This document shows, piece after piece, positions 17,386 through 26,670 of a stretch of DNA of 32,000 nt. The stretch is taken from assembly GCF_000025945.1 (NCBI RefSeq), contig NC_006138.1, positions 3,270,001-3,302,000 on the forward strand, written 5' to 3'. The first letter of the stretch is position 1; each line of letters starts with the position of its first letter. Position numbers and translations under genes: made by a program. This DNA is from Desulfotalea psychrophila LSv54. GTDB lineage: Bacteria > Desulfobacterota > Desulfobulbia > Desulfobulbales > Desulfocapsaceae. The notes below the pieces were generated by a model. That model was not told where the DNA came from. It did no database searches and saw only the letters and a list, made by a program, of their open reading frames with translations.

Positions 17386-18225
17386 TTACTGATCATCTCC
17401 GGAGAGGAGAACCTTATAATCACAGGAACTGGTAAAGGTATGCTCTGCCTCCGGAAAGGCACCGGCACGAACCTCGCCGATATAGTTTTCTACTCCCTGC
17501 CGGACCAGAGGAGCTAGCTGGGCATAATGTTTGACAAACTTGGGAGTAAATTTTTCAAAGAGTCCCAGCATATCGTTAATAACCAGAACCTGGCCATCAC
17601 AGCCCTTGCCCGCCCCAATGCCTACGGTGGGCACCGCTATGGATGCTGTAACAACTTCGGCAAGACCTGCAGGAATGCACTCCAGAACCAGCCCACAGAC
17701 CCCGGCCTCTTCCAATCTTTTGGCATCGGCAAAGAGTTTTCTGGCAGCCTCCATATCACGACCCTGCACCTTGTAACCACCGAGCACTGCCGCAGTCTGA
17801 GGAGTAAGCCCTAAATGGCCCATAACAGGAATCCCCGCATCAACAATGGCCTTAACCACAGGACAGACGACCTCACCACCTTCAAGCTTTACCACATCAC
17901 AACCACCCTCTTTCAGCAAACGCATGGCATTAAGGACAGCATCACGCGCCCCTGTTTGATAGGAGCCAAAGGGCATATCGCCCACCACAAAGGCATCTGG
18001 GGCCCCGCGACGCACCGCTGCCATATGATGAACCATATCAGCCATGGTGACAGGAACCGTCGAATCATAGCCGAGCACGGTCATTCCAAGAGAATCACCA
18101 ACCAAGAGGATGTCGATTCCAGCCTGATCAAGCAGGGCAGACATGGAGGCATCATAGGCGGTAAGCATGCTTATCTTCTGCCCGGCGGCCTTCATTGCAA
18201 TAATATCCACAACGGTCTTACGCAT
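17386..18225 (-). CDS. panB: 3-methyl-2-oxobutanoate hydroxymethyltransferase PanB
   Basis: Start placed at ATG 18223-18225 (MRKTVVDIIAMKAAGQKISMLTAYD), with GAGGA 9 nt upstream. The track uses a TTG five codons earlier. Motifs present are LVGDSLGM and KLEGG. Confidence 0.92.
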   Translation of the reverse strand: MRKTVVDIIAMKAAGQKISMLTAYDASMSALLDQAGIDILLVGDSLGMTVLGYDSTVPVTMADMVHHMAAVRRGAPDAFVVGDMPFGSYQTGARDAVLNAMRLLKEGGCDVVKLEGGEVVCPVVKAIVDAGIPVMGHLGLTPQTAAVLGGYKVQGRDMEAARKLFADAKRLEEAGVCGLVLECIPAGLAEVVTASIAVPTVGIGAGKGCDGQVLVINDMLGLFEKFTPKFVKHYAQLAPLVRQGVENYIGEVRAGAFPEAEHTFTSSCDYKVLLSGDDQ

Positions 18226-18300
18226 AACAGGAATCCTCAAAAATTTCTAGGGATTGGTATAAGGTAGATCAACAGGGGACAATGCCCCGAGGTGAAGACC

Positions 18301-18333
18301 AGAGGCAAAAGAGGATGGGGACGAACCCCATCC
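18301..18333 (-). terminator. Rho-independent terminator downstream of the yebC-family gene
   Basis: On the minus strand there is a perfect 8-bp stem GGATGGGG/CCCCATCC (18313-18320 / 18326-18333) with a 5-nt loop, followed by TCTTTTGCC. A second, imperfect hairpin (18344-18365) lies just upstream of it. Confidence 0.6.
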
Positions 18334-18381
18334 TGACATAGAAGGCAAAGCGGTATCGCTTCGCCCAAATGCCTCTCTCCA

Positions 18382-19134
18382 CTATTCAGCGAGTTGTTCC
18401 ATCAACTCTTCATCAATATCGAAGTTAGAGTGAACATTTTGTACGTCATCGTGATCTTCAAGGCTCTCAAGCAGTCTGAGAAGATTTTTTCCAACCTTCT
18501 CATCGGTGACATCAACAACATTCTTAGGAAGCATGGAGATAGAGGCATCGACAAAGGCAATCCCAGCAGCCTCCATGGCTCCACGAACAGCATCAAGCTC
18601 TGTCGGATTGGTGAGCACCTGAAATTCAGTCTCGTCCTCAACCACATCTTCAGCACCTGCTTCAAGCGCCTGATCCATCAACTCATCTTCCGTGATAGTG
18701 GCCTTATCAACCAAAATCAAACCCTTCTTCTCAAACATCCAAGAGACACAACCAGCCTCACCAAGATTACCATTATTTTTTGCAAAATAGTGGCGAATAT
18801 CGGCAACAGTACGGTTACGGTTATCGGTCATACACTCAACAAGCACCGCAACACCACCGGGGCCATAACCCTCATAGAGGATCTCGTCATATACCTCACC
18901 GGCAATCTCGCCTGTACCCTTCTTGATAGCGCGGGTGATATTATCCTTTGGCATATTCTCTGATTTTGCCACAAGAATAGCGGAACGAAGTCTTGGGTTA
19001 CCCTCGGGATCGCCACCACCACCACGGGCTGCAACGGTTATCTCCTTGATAAGGCGGGTAAAGATCTTACCTCTCTTAGCATCATTTGCGCCTTTTTTCC
19101 TCTTGATGGTTGACCACTTAGAATGTCCCGACAT
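18382..19134 (-). CDS. YebC/PmpR-family DNA-binding transcriptional regulator
   Basis: 250-aa ORF beginning [37 protein letters not shown], the hallmark N-terminus of the YebC/TACO1 family. Confidence 0.93.
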   Translation of the reverse strand: MSGHSKWSTIKRKKGANDAKRGKIFTRLIKEITVAARGGGGDPEGNPRLRSAILVAKSENMPKDNITRAIKKGTGEIAGEVYDEILYEGYGPGGVAVLVECMTDNRNRTVADIRHYFAKNNGNLGEAGCVSWMFEKKGLILVDKATITEDELMDQALEAGAEDVVEDETEFQVLTNPTELDAVRGAMEAAGIAFVDASISMLPKNVVDVTDEKVGKNLLRLLESLEDHDDVQNVHSNFDIDEELMEQLAE

Positions 19135-19177
19135 AAGTACACCTATTTATTTATATTATTAGTTACAAAACACATGA

Positions 19178-19783
19178 CTATTTTTGTGGCTTTCGATAAT
19201 TCAGTCCCAGCACAAAAACTTCACGGCTCTCAATTCGAGAACTTTGCGGTTTTATCACCCGTGCGCTTTCAAAACGCTTTTTTACCGCATCAACAAAATC
19301 TGGAAAATCACCACCCTGGAAAACCTTGCAGATATAGTTTCCCTTATTGAGGAGTACCTGTTCGGCAATTTCCAAGGTCTGGTAACAGAGATTAAGCGAC
19401 TGCTGTGCATCTGTCCACCTATTACCTGTGGTTTTCGGAGCCATATCAGAGATGAGCACACGAAAAGACGGACGAATTCTCCGTACAGCCTCAAGCATTG
19501 CAGGTTCACGTATATCTTCACAGATCCAGTGGATTGGGGCCGCATCGGCCCGGCCGCCGCCTACAGCCTGTTGCAGATCGACTCCGACCACAATCCCCTT
19601 AGGACCGGCAAGCTCGGAAGCATAAATAGACCAACTTCCAGGAAAACAACCCAAATCCAGGATGCTATCTCCCCGCGAAATGATGTCATACTTCTTCTGA
19701 GCCTCTTCTAACTTATAGATAGACCGAGCTGGATAGTTATCCTTTTTGGCCTTTTTAGCATAATAATCGTTTATTTTACGCAC
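19178..19783 (-). CDS. rlmE: 23S rRNA (uridine2552-2'-O)-methyltransferase RlmE (FtsJ)
   Basis: 201-aa ORF with a GTG start. It has RSIYKLEE, the SAM-binding motif LDLGCFPGSWSIYA, and SDMAPKTTG, all typical of RlmE/FtsJ. Confidence 0.9.
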   Translation of the reverse strand: MRKINDYYAKKAKKDNYPARSIYKLEEAQKKYDIISRGDSILDLGCFPGSWSIYASELAGPKGIVVGVDLQQAVGGGRADAAPIHWICEDIREPAMLEAVRRIRPSFRVLISDMAPKTTGNRWTDAQQSLNLCYQTLEIAEQVLLNKGNYICKVFQGGDFPDFVDAVKKRFESARVIKPQSSRIESREVFVLGLNYRKPQK

Positions 19784-19958
19784 GGTGTCACATCCATTTT
19801 TCTATTACTATATTATTTAGTTCGATACCCATTGGCAGGGATAAAGCATATCTCAGGGAGCATTTCTGCTATAATATTCTCTATACCAGACAAAACAGGA
19901 GCGGCCAACCGGGGCAAATAAGACTTTTCTGAGTGCCTACATACCATTTTTAAGGGCC

Positions 19959-21464
19959 TTAGGACAAGCCTTGAAGATATTTTTTTACCCAGGCCAGGGC
20001 ATCCGCCTCGGTCGCCAGCTCTCCCTCAACCCGCAACTCTTCAACTTTTGTTAAAATATCACCATAAAGAGGGCCCGGATCCAGGCTAAATTCCCGCAAA
20101 ATATCTCTACCGGTGAGGATCTTCTCGCCAAGGAGAACCGGCCTGATTTTTTCATAGTAGACGGACATGGTACGCCTATATAAAAGGGCAATATCCTGCT
20201 CCATCTCCGCAGGCCGTCCCTCTCCCTGACTGGCAAGACTATCGGCAAAGGCGAGGAGAAACAGGGGCTGAAGAAGTTCTTGGGCCCGGCGATAAAGACG
20301 AAGCACCGCCCGCGGGCTCACCTCCCCGCTCTGTTGCACGGCACAGAGATGAAAGGGGTGCATATGCATGGCCACCAGGCGCGCCACGGCATCCTTCACC
20401 TCATTACTCCAGCGTAGCCTTGTCCCTATCTTTGCGACAATTCGAGCACCTCTCTCATCATGATTATAAAAGGTTATCCGCCCATCCGTCGCCCGGATAT
20501 CCCGCGATCCGGGTTTACCCACATCGTGGAGAAGGGCAGCCCAGCAGAGGCATAATCTTGTTTTTTTAGCCAAAGTGGCAAGATCCAACTCCTCTCTGGA
20601 GACAAAGCTCATCACCCCACCGGCAAGGAGCCAGTGCATTTTCTCAAAACAGGCCAAGCTATGACCATAGACATCAAGATGATGGGCAGCAGGCTGGAGA
20701 ATATCCCGACCGTCCGACAACTCCGGCAAGAGAAGTTCCAAAATTCCCAGATCCTCCATCCCGGCAAGGGCCTCAAGGGCAGACGTCCCCATAAGGGTCG
20801 CATCAAGCTCTGCTGAAATCCGTTCTGCCGCCACCCCCGACAGCAAGTGGCGATGGGCAATAATAGCAGGGGCAATGGCAGGATCAAAGGAGAGGGAGAA
20901 GAGACTCTGAAAGCGAAAGGCCCTGAGAATACGCAGGGGGTCACGGCCAAAGGCCTCCGGCAGGGGGCGCAGTATTTTATCCGCTAAATCATCTCTACCG
21001 GAAAAGGGATCAATGAGATCTACCTTCTCTCCCCTCAGAGTGGACAGGGGCAGAGCCATGGCATTCAGGGTAAAATCACGCAGGGCAAGATCTTCCTCCA
21101 GAGAGGAGGCTGACGCACGAAAGGAGGAGATATCTACTATTTCATGACGATAGACTATACGACAGGCCTCCTCATCACCTTCGGACAGGGGGACAAGGCT
21201 CCCCTCGCCCAGTTGACGCAACAGGCGGCGACAAAAATCAATTGCCCCTGCTCCGGTTACCAGATCAAGATCCTTGGCCGAACGGCCGAGAAAATAATCC
21301 CGTACCGGGCCACCAGCGACCCATACCTCAGCATCCAACTGCCGACTTACGGCAAACAGGGCTGTCACAATATCAGGGGAATAGTCCCCTGCCAATGACA
21401 CCTGAATCTTTTTCTCCACGACCTTTCTCCCTCTCTTTCTAAAAAGCAGATGACAAGCATCCAT
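19959..21464 (-). CDS. cca: CCA-adding tRNA nucleotidyltransferase / poly(A) polymerase family protein with HD domain
   Basis: 501-aa ORF with the class II nucleotidyltransferase head motif VAGGPVRDYFLGRSAKDLDLVT, the RDFTLNA motif, and the HD motif LLHDVGKP. Assignment as CCA-adding enzyme rather than poly(A) polymerase is not resolvable by eye. Confidence 0.8.
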   Translation of the reverse strand: MDACHLLFRKRGRKVVEKKIQVSLAGDYSPDIVTALFAVSRQLDAEVWVAGGPVRDYFLGRSAKDLDLVTGAGAIDFCRRLLRQLGEGSLVPLSEGDEEACRIVYRHEIVDISSFRASASSLEEDLALRDFTLNAMALPLSTLRGEKVDLIDPFSGRDDLADKILRPLPEAFGRDPLRILRAFRFQSLFSLSFDPAIAPAIIAHRHLLSGVAAERISAELDATLMGTSALEALAGMEDLGILELLLPELSDGRDILQPAAHHLDVYGHSLACFEKMHWLLAGGVMSFVSREELDLATLAKKTRLCLCWAALLHDVGKPGSRDIRATDGRITFYNHDERGARIVAKIGTRLRWSNEVKDAVARLVAMHMHPFHLCAVQQSGEVSPRAVLRLYRRAQELLQPLFLLAFADSLASQGEGRPAEMEQDIALLYRRTMSVYYEKIRPVLLGEKILTGRDILREFSLDPGPLYGDILTKVEELRVEGELATEADALAWVKKYLQGLS

Positions 21465-21563
21465 TTTTTGCCTACAGTTGGCCTGCTGAAATCATCCTCA
21501 GCAAATATTCACCTAACAACAAAATCCACATAACACAATATATATTGTCGGTACGCCAAGATC

Positions 21564-22520
21564 ATGACTCAAGAAATACGACTCTCACTCGCTCCTATTC
21601 GCGGCCTGACCACAGCCAGTTTCCGCTCTCTCTTCTGCAAACACTTTGCGGGATTTAACTCCAGCATCGCCCCATTTATCAACCCACAGAAAAGGGCCTC
21701 CTTTGATAACAAGATGCTCAAAGACGTCCTCCCTGAGGCCAACATGGTTGTCCCCGTTATTCCCCAACTACTACATAACAATGCAGAGGATTTCATCGCC
21801 CTGGCAGGGCGGCTGGCAGAGCTGGGATATAAGGAGATTAACTGGAACCTCGGTTGCCCTGCCCCCATGGTGGCAAAAAAGAAACGGGGCTCTGGAATGC
21901 TTGCCCACCCTGATCTGATCGTTGAGTTTCTAGAAGAGGTGCTCCCACAAATCCCGGTAAAGCTCTCCATCAAGACCAGATTGGGCTACAGCAACACAGC
22001 TCAAACCAAGGAGCTCTTACCAAGATTGGACCAATTTCCATTAACAGAGATAATCATCCATGCCCGCCTTGGCAAACAGATGTATAAGGGGACAACGGAC
22101 CCCGATACATTTGCCGAATGCCTCCAACTCAGCCAGCATCGAATTGCCTATAATGGGGACATCACCACTCTTGAGCACTTTCATGAACTACAGACAAGAT
22201 TTCCTCAGGTGGAGCACTGGATGATTGGACGAGGCGCCCTCGCTGACCCATTTCTTGCTGAAAGAATAAAGGGAATCGGCAAACTCACCCCGACACAAGA
22301 GCTTCTCCGCTTAGAGAAGTTCCATGCAGAGCTCTTTGAGATATACAGGGAGGAGTTAAGCGGGCCAAGCCACATCGTTGGCCGAATGAAAATGCTCTGG
22401 CAGTATCTGGGGGCCTCATTTCCGAAGCAAAAGAAATTACTAAAAAAGGTACATAAGGCCTACAACGAAGAACAGTTCCAGGAAAGTGTCTCTCAGCTCT
22501 TCCAAGCTGAGAGAGACTAG
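21564..22520 (+). CDS. tRNA-dihydrouridine synthase family protein
   Basis: 318-aa ORF with [24 protein letters not shown] (the Dus N-x-GCP motif) and IIHARLG (TIM-barrel FMN enzyme). The Dus subfamily is not assignable by eye. Confidence 0.8.
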
Positions 22521-23157
22521 AGGGCGAAGAGCCCTCCCCGGAGAACCCTTGAAGGGCACTTGAGGGGGAATGGTACTTCTTCTTCAAAACCCGCCGCCAG
22601 CCTGTCATGGGTTGCATAATGGGGCGGTAGACATTACTCACCTCTCCCGCCCGCTCACTCACATAAAAGGCCTTGGGATCAAGGGCCATTACCTTCTTCA
22701 GAATTCTTTTCATATCCCTTCGTCGGCAGACAATATAGAGCTCGGTAACAATCCCGGAACGTCCCTCGCCCTTAAATGCAGTTACGGCATATCCCTGTTC
22801 ACGAATTTCATAGGCTATTTCATTGGAATTATGCCGACTGATAACCCGGAGAACCAGATGGCCCAGGGCTATCATTCTCTCAAATTTAATACCGACAATA
22901 TTCCCCGTGGCAAAGCCAAGGGCATAGACAATCACCAGCAGAGGTTGTTCAGTCACCGTCTGGACAATAGTGGAGACCACAACGAGCCAGATTGCTGCCT
23001 CAAAAAAACCAAGCCAAAAGGCCATGGTGGTTCGTCCATGGACAATAGATATGGTACGCAGGGTACCAAAAGATACATCCACCACCCGAGACAAAAAAAC
23101 CATGGCCGCATAGAGCAGGCTCGCTGGCTCAAAGAAAGAAACAAAATCCATAATCAT
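22285..23157 (-). CDS. UPF0316/DUF2179-like membrane protein with an unusual C-terminal extension of about 96 codons
   Basis: Start placed at ATG 23155-23157 ([11 protein letters not shown]...). There are three hydrophobic spans, then a soluble segment ([39 protein letters not shown]...[11 protein letters not shown]) as I recall for UPF0316 proteins. The family-like part ends near nt 22576, but the frame stays open to 22285, antisense to the dus 3' end. Start and functional end are both uncertain. Confidence 0.6.
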
Positions 23158-23498
23158 ATCCGTATAGCAAAAAATCGTTACATATAAAGAGTTATTTTCA
23201 CTGCTAAAAAAGACAAAATAATCTCCACTTACCAAGACCACGCCAGAATGACCGGAAGTTTATACAATCACTTTTTGTTTCTTGCAAGAAATTTTATTTT
23301 AGTCTGCTATTTTTTTCTGCAGAGCCACAAAGAGACAAATTCATTATAGTTGACTGCCCCCATATTTTAAAATTTTCTTTGTATTTTCCCAGAGTAGGGG
23401 CTAAACTTTTTTTAGGCTATTTCTCTTAACGGCGCTAAACTTTATGGCACCGACAAGTAGCAACAATTATTACAACCAAAAATCGAATGGAGGATATT

Positions 23499-23657
23499 AT
23501 GCAAAAGTGGGAATGCCCTTGCGGATACATCTATGACCCCGAAGAAGGCGATTACGACAATGGCGTAGAGCCTAAAACCGCCTGGGAGGATCTCCCCGAC
23601 GACTGGACCTGTCCTCTCTGCGGCGCTGAACAGGACGCCTTCTGGAAGGCTGACTAA
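23499..23657 (+). CDS. Rubredoxin (52 aa) with an atypical first Cys knuckle
   Basis: Too short for the ORF track. My translation is [57 protein letters not shown] lies 7 nt upstream of the ATG and a strong terminator follows. The sequence matches classical rubredoxins almost position for position (GYIYDP, DLPDDWxCPxCG). Confidence 0.88.
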   Translation: MQKWECPCGYIYDPEEGDYDNGVEPKTAWEDLPDDWTCPLCGAEQDAFWKAD

Positions 23658-23675
23658 TCCACATCCGTTTCAAAT

Positions 23676-23714
23676 AAAAAGGGAGCAACTGATTTCTCAG
23701 TTGCCCCTTTTTTT
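23676..23714 (+). terminator. Rho-independent (bidirectional) terminator after rubredoxin; copy 1 of a repeat of about 45 nt
   Basis: Stem GGGAGCAACTGA / TCAGTTGCCCC (23681-23707) with loop TTTC, followed by T7 (23708-23714) and preceded by an A-run. It could therefore also stop the convergent GNAT transcript. Confidence 0.8.
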
Positions 23715-23909
23715 GTGAAAGAGTAATAACGTTTCATACTGGCAGACTGTCACTCACCTTATTTTCAGCCTTGTATCTTGCATCGCAGCTTGCACAAAAT
23801 GGAGCAACTTTTCCAAGAGATAGCTTGCTCAAGCTCTATAGACCACACTGCCCTTATTAGAAACAATCCCACCTATCGCAGAATAGGAGTGGATCAGTTT
23901 TTTCGATAT

Positions 23910-24332
23910 TTACTCTGTAAATCCACTTTTTGTTTTGGCCGCACTATCAGTAAAAAGAGCCATGCCAGTTTTCATCCTCCGAAATTGATGCTTTTGATAA
24001 AATCCCTCTTTCCCAGGCGAGGCATAAAGAATGACACTACATCCCGGAATCTGTTCTAATATGTTTTGCACGATTAAAGAGCCAATGCCTTGTCCTTGGT
24101 ACTCAGGCCAAACAGCACAGTCATAAATAGCAGCTTGATATTCCCCATCAGAGAGAGCCCTTCCAAAACCGATAAGCCTGTTCTCAGAATATATAAAAAC
24201 TGTGGTATGGCTGGCCTCAAATGCACGTTTGTGCTTGTCTGGTGAGTGGTATGCCATTCCTACAGCTTTTAATGTTTCTGATACAATTTCCCAATCAACC
24301 TCACTGCAGTCATTCACTATTTTAAAATCCAC
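23910..24332 (-). CDS. GNAT-family N-acetyltransferase
   Basis: 140-aa ORF with a GTG start and GGAGA 6 nt upstream. It has the acetyl-CoA binding motif A (VWPEYQGQGIGSLIVQ) and the typical downstream GFY segment. The substrate is unknown. Confidence 0.85.
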   Translation of the reverse strand: MDFKIVNDCSEVDWEIVSETLKAVGMAYHSPDKHKRAFEASHTTVFIYSENRLIGFGRALSDGEYQAAIYDCAVWPEYQGQGIGSLIVQNILEQIPGCSVILYASPGKEGFYQKHQFRRMKTGMALFTDSAAKTKSGFTE

Positions 24333-24578
24333 GTAATATCTCCAATCTATTTCTCAATATTGAGCAGTGTAACTCGGCTTGTTGCACAAATAGAAGTTGC
24401 TCACCTTGCTCGATGCTCTTTTATTATATATCTATAATAAAAGAAAAAACATAACACACCTAAGGTGTTACCATACACTGATAAGCTGCCAATAATCATC
24501 ACAAAGGTTTAATAACTTCAAGCCTGTAGCTCTTACATCCAGTCAAAGACCCGATCAGCCCTGCCAGGGCAGTTTAAA

Positions 24579-24620
24579 TAAAAAAAAGGGGACAACTGAT
24601 TTCTCAGTTGCCCCCTTTTT
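24579..24620 (-). terminator. Rho-independent (bidirectional) terminator downstream of glmS; copy 2 of the repeat of about 45 nt
   Basis: Stem GGGGACAACTGA / TCAGTTGCCCCC (24587-24614) with loop TTTC. An A8 run (24579-24586) reads as a T-tract on the minus strand, and T6 (24615-24620) lies on the plus strand. The core is identical to the hairpin at 23681-23707. Confidence 0.8.
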
Positions 24621-24640
24621 TGTTCTTCAATCATCAACGG

Positions 24641-26500
24641 CTATTCAACAGTAACCGACTTAGCCAGGTTACGGGGTTGATCCACATCACAACCACGTCT
24701 CGTTGCTATCTCATAGGAGAGTAGCTGAGCGGGGATGGTGTAGAGAATGGGATTAACATCATCGTCCACCCGTGGCAGGTAGATAACATCATCGCTGATG
24801 TTTGCCAGCTGACTGTCTCCCTCGCTACCAATGAGGATAAGGCGGCCCTGACGTGCCTTTATCTCCTCAACATTAGAGATACTCTTCTGATAGACATCAT
24901 CATCTGGGACCAGGGCAAGTATGGGCATATCCCTATCAATAAGGGCAATGGGGCCATGCTTGAGCTCGCCCGAGGCATAACCTTCGGCATGAATATAGGA
25001 TATCTCTTTCAGCTTCAGGGCTCCTTCAAGGGCAATGGGAAAGCTGAGACCACGGCCGATAAAAAGAAAATCCCGACTGTCGTAGTAGTCATCTATCAGC
25101 GAGGCTATCTTCTTCTGCAGGCTGGGCAGAATCTCCTCTATCACGGTGGCCACACCAACCAGAGCTCTACCCAGTTGCAGGCTCTTTTCCAGACTTAACT
25201 GCTTACGTTTCTGACCAAGAAAGACAGTGAAGAGGAGAAGAGCTGAGAGCTGAGCGGTAAAGGCCTTGGTGGAGGCCACACCAATTTCAGGGCCGGCATG
25301 GGTATAGATGACGCCATCGGCTTCCCGAGTCATGGTTGAGCCAACAACATTACAGATGGTGAGAATCTTAGAGCCCATCTTCTTTGCCCTACGAATGCCG
25401 GCAAGGGTGTCGGCGGTTTCACCTGACTGAGAGATACAGATGGTCAGCACCCGCTCATCTATAAGTAGATGGCGATAACGAAATTCTGAGGCAATATCAA
25501 CCTGCACGGGGATTTTTGCGTATTTTTCCAGCCAATATTTTGCAACCATAGCTGCATGCCAGGAGGTGCCACAGGCAACCAGAAAAATCCTGTCTATGTC
25601 CCTTAGCTGCTCGTCACTAAAGCCCAGATTCGGCAAATTGGCCTTACCCGACTCAAGATTAATACGACCGGCAACGGTATTGGTTATGGCCTGTGGTTGC
25701 TCAAATATCTCTTTCAACATGAAGTGCTTATAACCACCCTTCTCTGCCATGGAGGCACTCCAGTCAATAAAAGTGATCTCCTTGTCAACGGGCTCACCGC
25801 TCACCAGAGAGGCTATTTGATAATCATCAGCGGTAAGGACCGCAATCTCCATATCATCAAGAAAGATTACCTTTCTGGTATAGGGAAGAAGAGCAGGGGT
25901 ATCCGAGGCCAAAAACATGCCCTTTTCTTCTCCAATACCGAGAACAAGGGGGCTCTGATTACGCACGGCAATAAGGGTTTCCGGCGCCTTGGCCCACATA
26001 ACTCCTAGAGCATAGGAGCCTTCAACCCGAGCGAGCGCCTCTTTGATAGCACGAACAAGGACATCTACCCCATGGGCATCTTGCTCAAGATACTCCTCAA
26101 TAAGATGGGCAAGGACCTCGGTATCAGTCTCCGAGGTAAAAACATGCCCCTTGGCCCGAAGCTCCTCACGCAGGGAGTGATAGTTTTCGATAATACCATT
26201 ATGAACCAGAACCAGCTCACCCGTACAATCACTATGAGGATGGGCATTCTCCATGGTTGGAGCACCGTGGGTTGCCCAGCGGGTGTGGCCTAGGCCGAGG
26301 TGGGAGGGGGCGACAAGATCATCGCCGACAACATCTTCCAGACAAGATAGTTTACCGTTAGCGCGATGCTTGACTATTTTTCCATCCTGAAGGTAGACGA
26401 GTCCGGCAGAATCATAACCTCGATACTCCAGACGCCGCAAACCTTCCAGAATAACAGGCACAACTTTTTTAGGACCACAATAGCCAACAATACCACACAT
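24641..26500 (-). CDS. glmS: Glutamine--fructose-6-phosphate aminotransferase (isomerising) GlmS
   Basis: True start taken at ATG 26498-26500, giving MCGIVGYCGPKK (the obligatory Cys2 nucleophile), with GGGAGG upstream. The 72 extra N-terminal codons of the track ORF are rejected. The protein has two SIS domains and the characteristic C-terminus AKSVTVE. Confidence 0.96.
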   Translation of the reverse strand: MCGIVGYCGPKKVVPVILEGLRRLEYRGYDSAGLVYLQDGKIVKHRANGKLSCLEDVVGDDLVAPSHLGLGHTRWATHGAPTMENAHPHSDCTGELVLVHNGIIENYHSLREELRAKGHVFTSETDTEVLAHLIEEYLEQDAHGVDVLVRAIKEALARVEGSYALGVMWAKAPETLIAVRNQSPLVLGIGEEKGMFLASDTPALLPYTRKVIFLDDMEIAVLTADDYQIASLVSGEPVDKEITFIDWSASMAEKGGYKHFMLKEIFEQPQAITNTVAGRINLESGKANLPNLGFSDEQLRDIDRIFLVACGTSWHAAMVAKYWLEKYAKIPVQVDIASEFRYRHLLIDERVLTICISQSGETADTLAGIRRAKKMGSKILTICNVVGSTMTREADGVIYTHAGPEIGVASTKAFTAQLSALLLFTVFLGQKRKQLSLEKSLQLGRALVGVATVIEEILPSLQKKIASLIDDYYDSRDFLFIGRGLSFPIALEGALKLKEISYIHAEGYASGELKHGPIALIDRDMPILALVPDDDVYQKSISNVEEIKARQGRLILIGSEGDSQLANISDDVIYLPRVDDDVNPILYTIPAQLLSYEIATRRGCDVDQPRNLAKSVTVE

Positions 26501-26589
26501 ATAAACATCCTCCCAAGGTAAGATTAAATTTTTTCCGCTTAACTTTATATTAATACCATGTATTTTAAACTGAAGGCGAGTTTTTTCTT

Positions 26590-26618
26590 TTGATAGCTTA
26601 TGCAAAAAGTAGTATCCT
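26590..26618 (+). promoter_or_regulatory. Candidate sigma70-type promoter for pyrE (TTGATA-17 nt-TATCCT)
   Basis: Hexamers read at 26590-26595 and 26613-26618, about 50 nt upstream of the pyrE ATG. This is a pattern match only. Confidence 0.25.
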
Positions 26619-26670
26619 CGCACAAAATTTAGCCATATATATTTAACACAATGACCTTGGGGCAACAAAA

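Noticed and set aside
23400-23443. 10-nt direct repeat GCTAAACTTT (23400-23409 and 23434-23443) in the rubredoxin leader.
   Set aside because: It is short and AT-rich with only two copies and no dyad symmetry, so it may be chance. No function can be argued from sequence alone.
23445-23461. An exact TGGCAC (sigma54 -24 element) upstream of the rubredoxin gene.
   Set aside because: The nearest downstream GC dinucleotide is 2 nt too far for the TGGCAC-N5-TTGC geometry, and no TTGC is present.
24353-24364. 12-bp palindrome CTCAATATTGAG 21 nt upstream of the GNAT start codon.
   Set aside because: It is short and AT-rich and sits in an AT-rich leader where such dyads arise by chance. It shows no second copy or conservation evidence.
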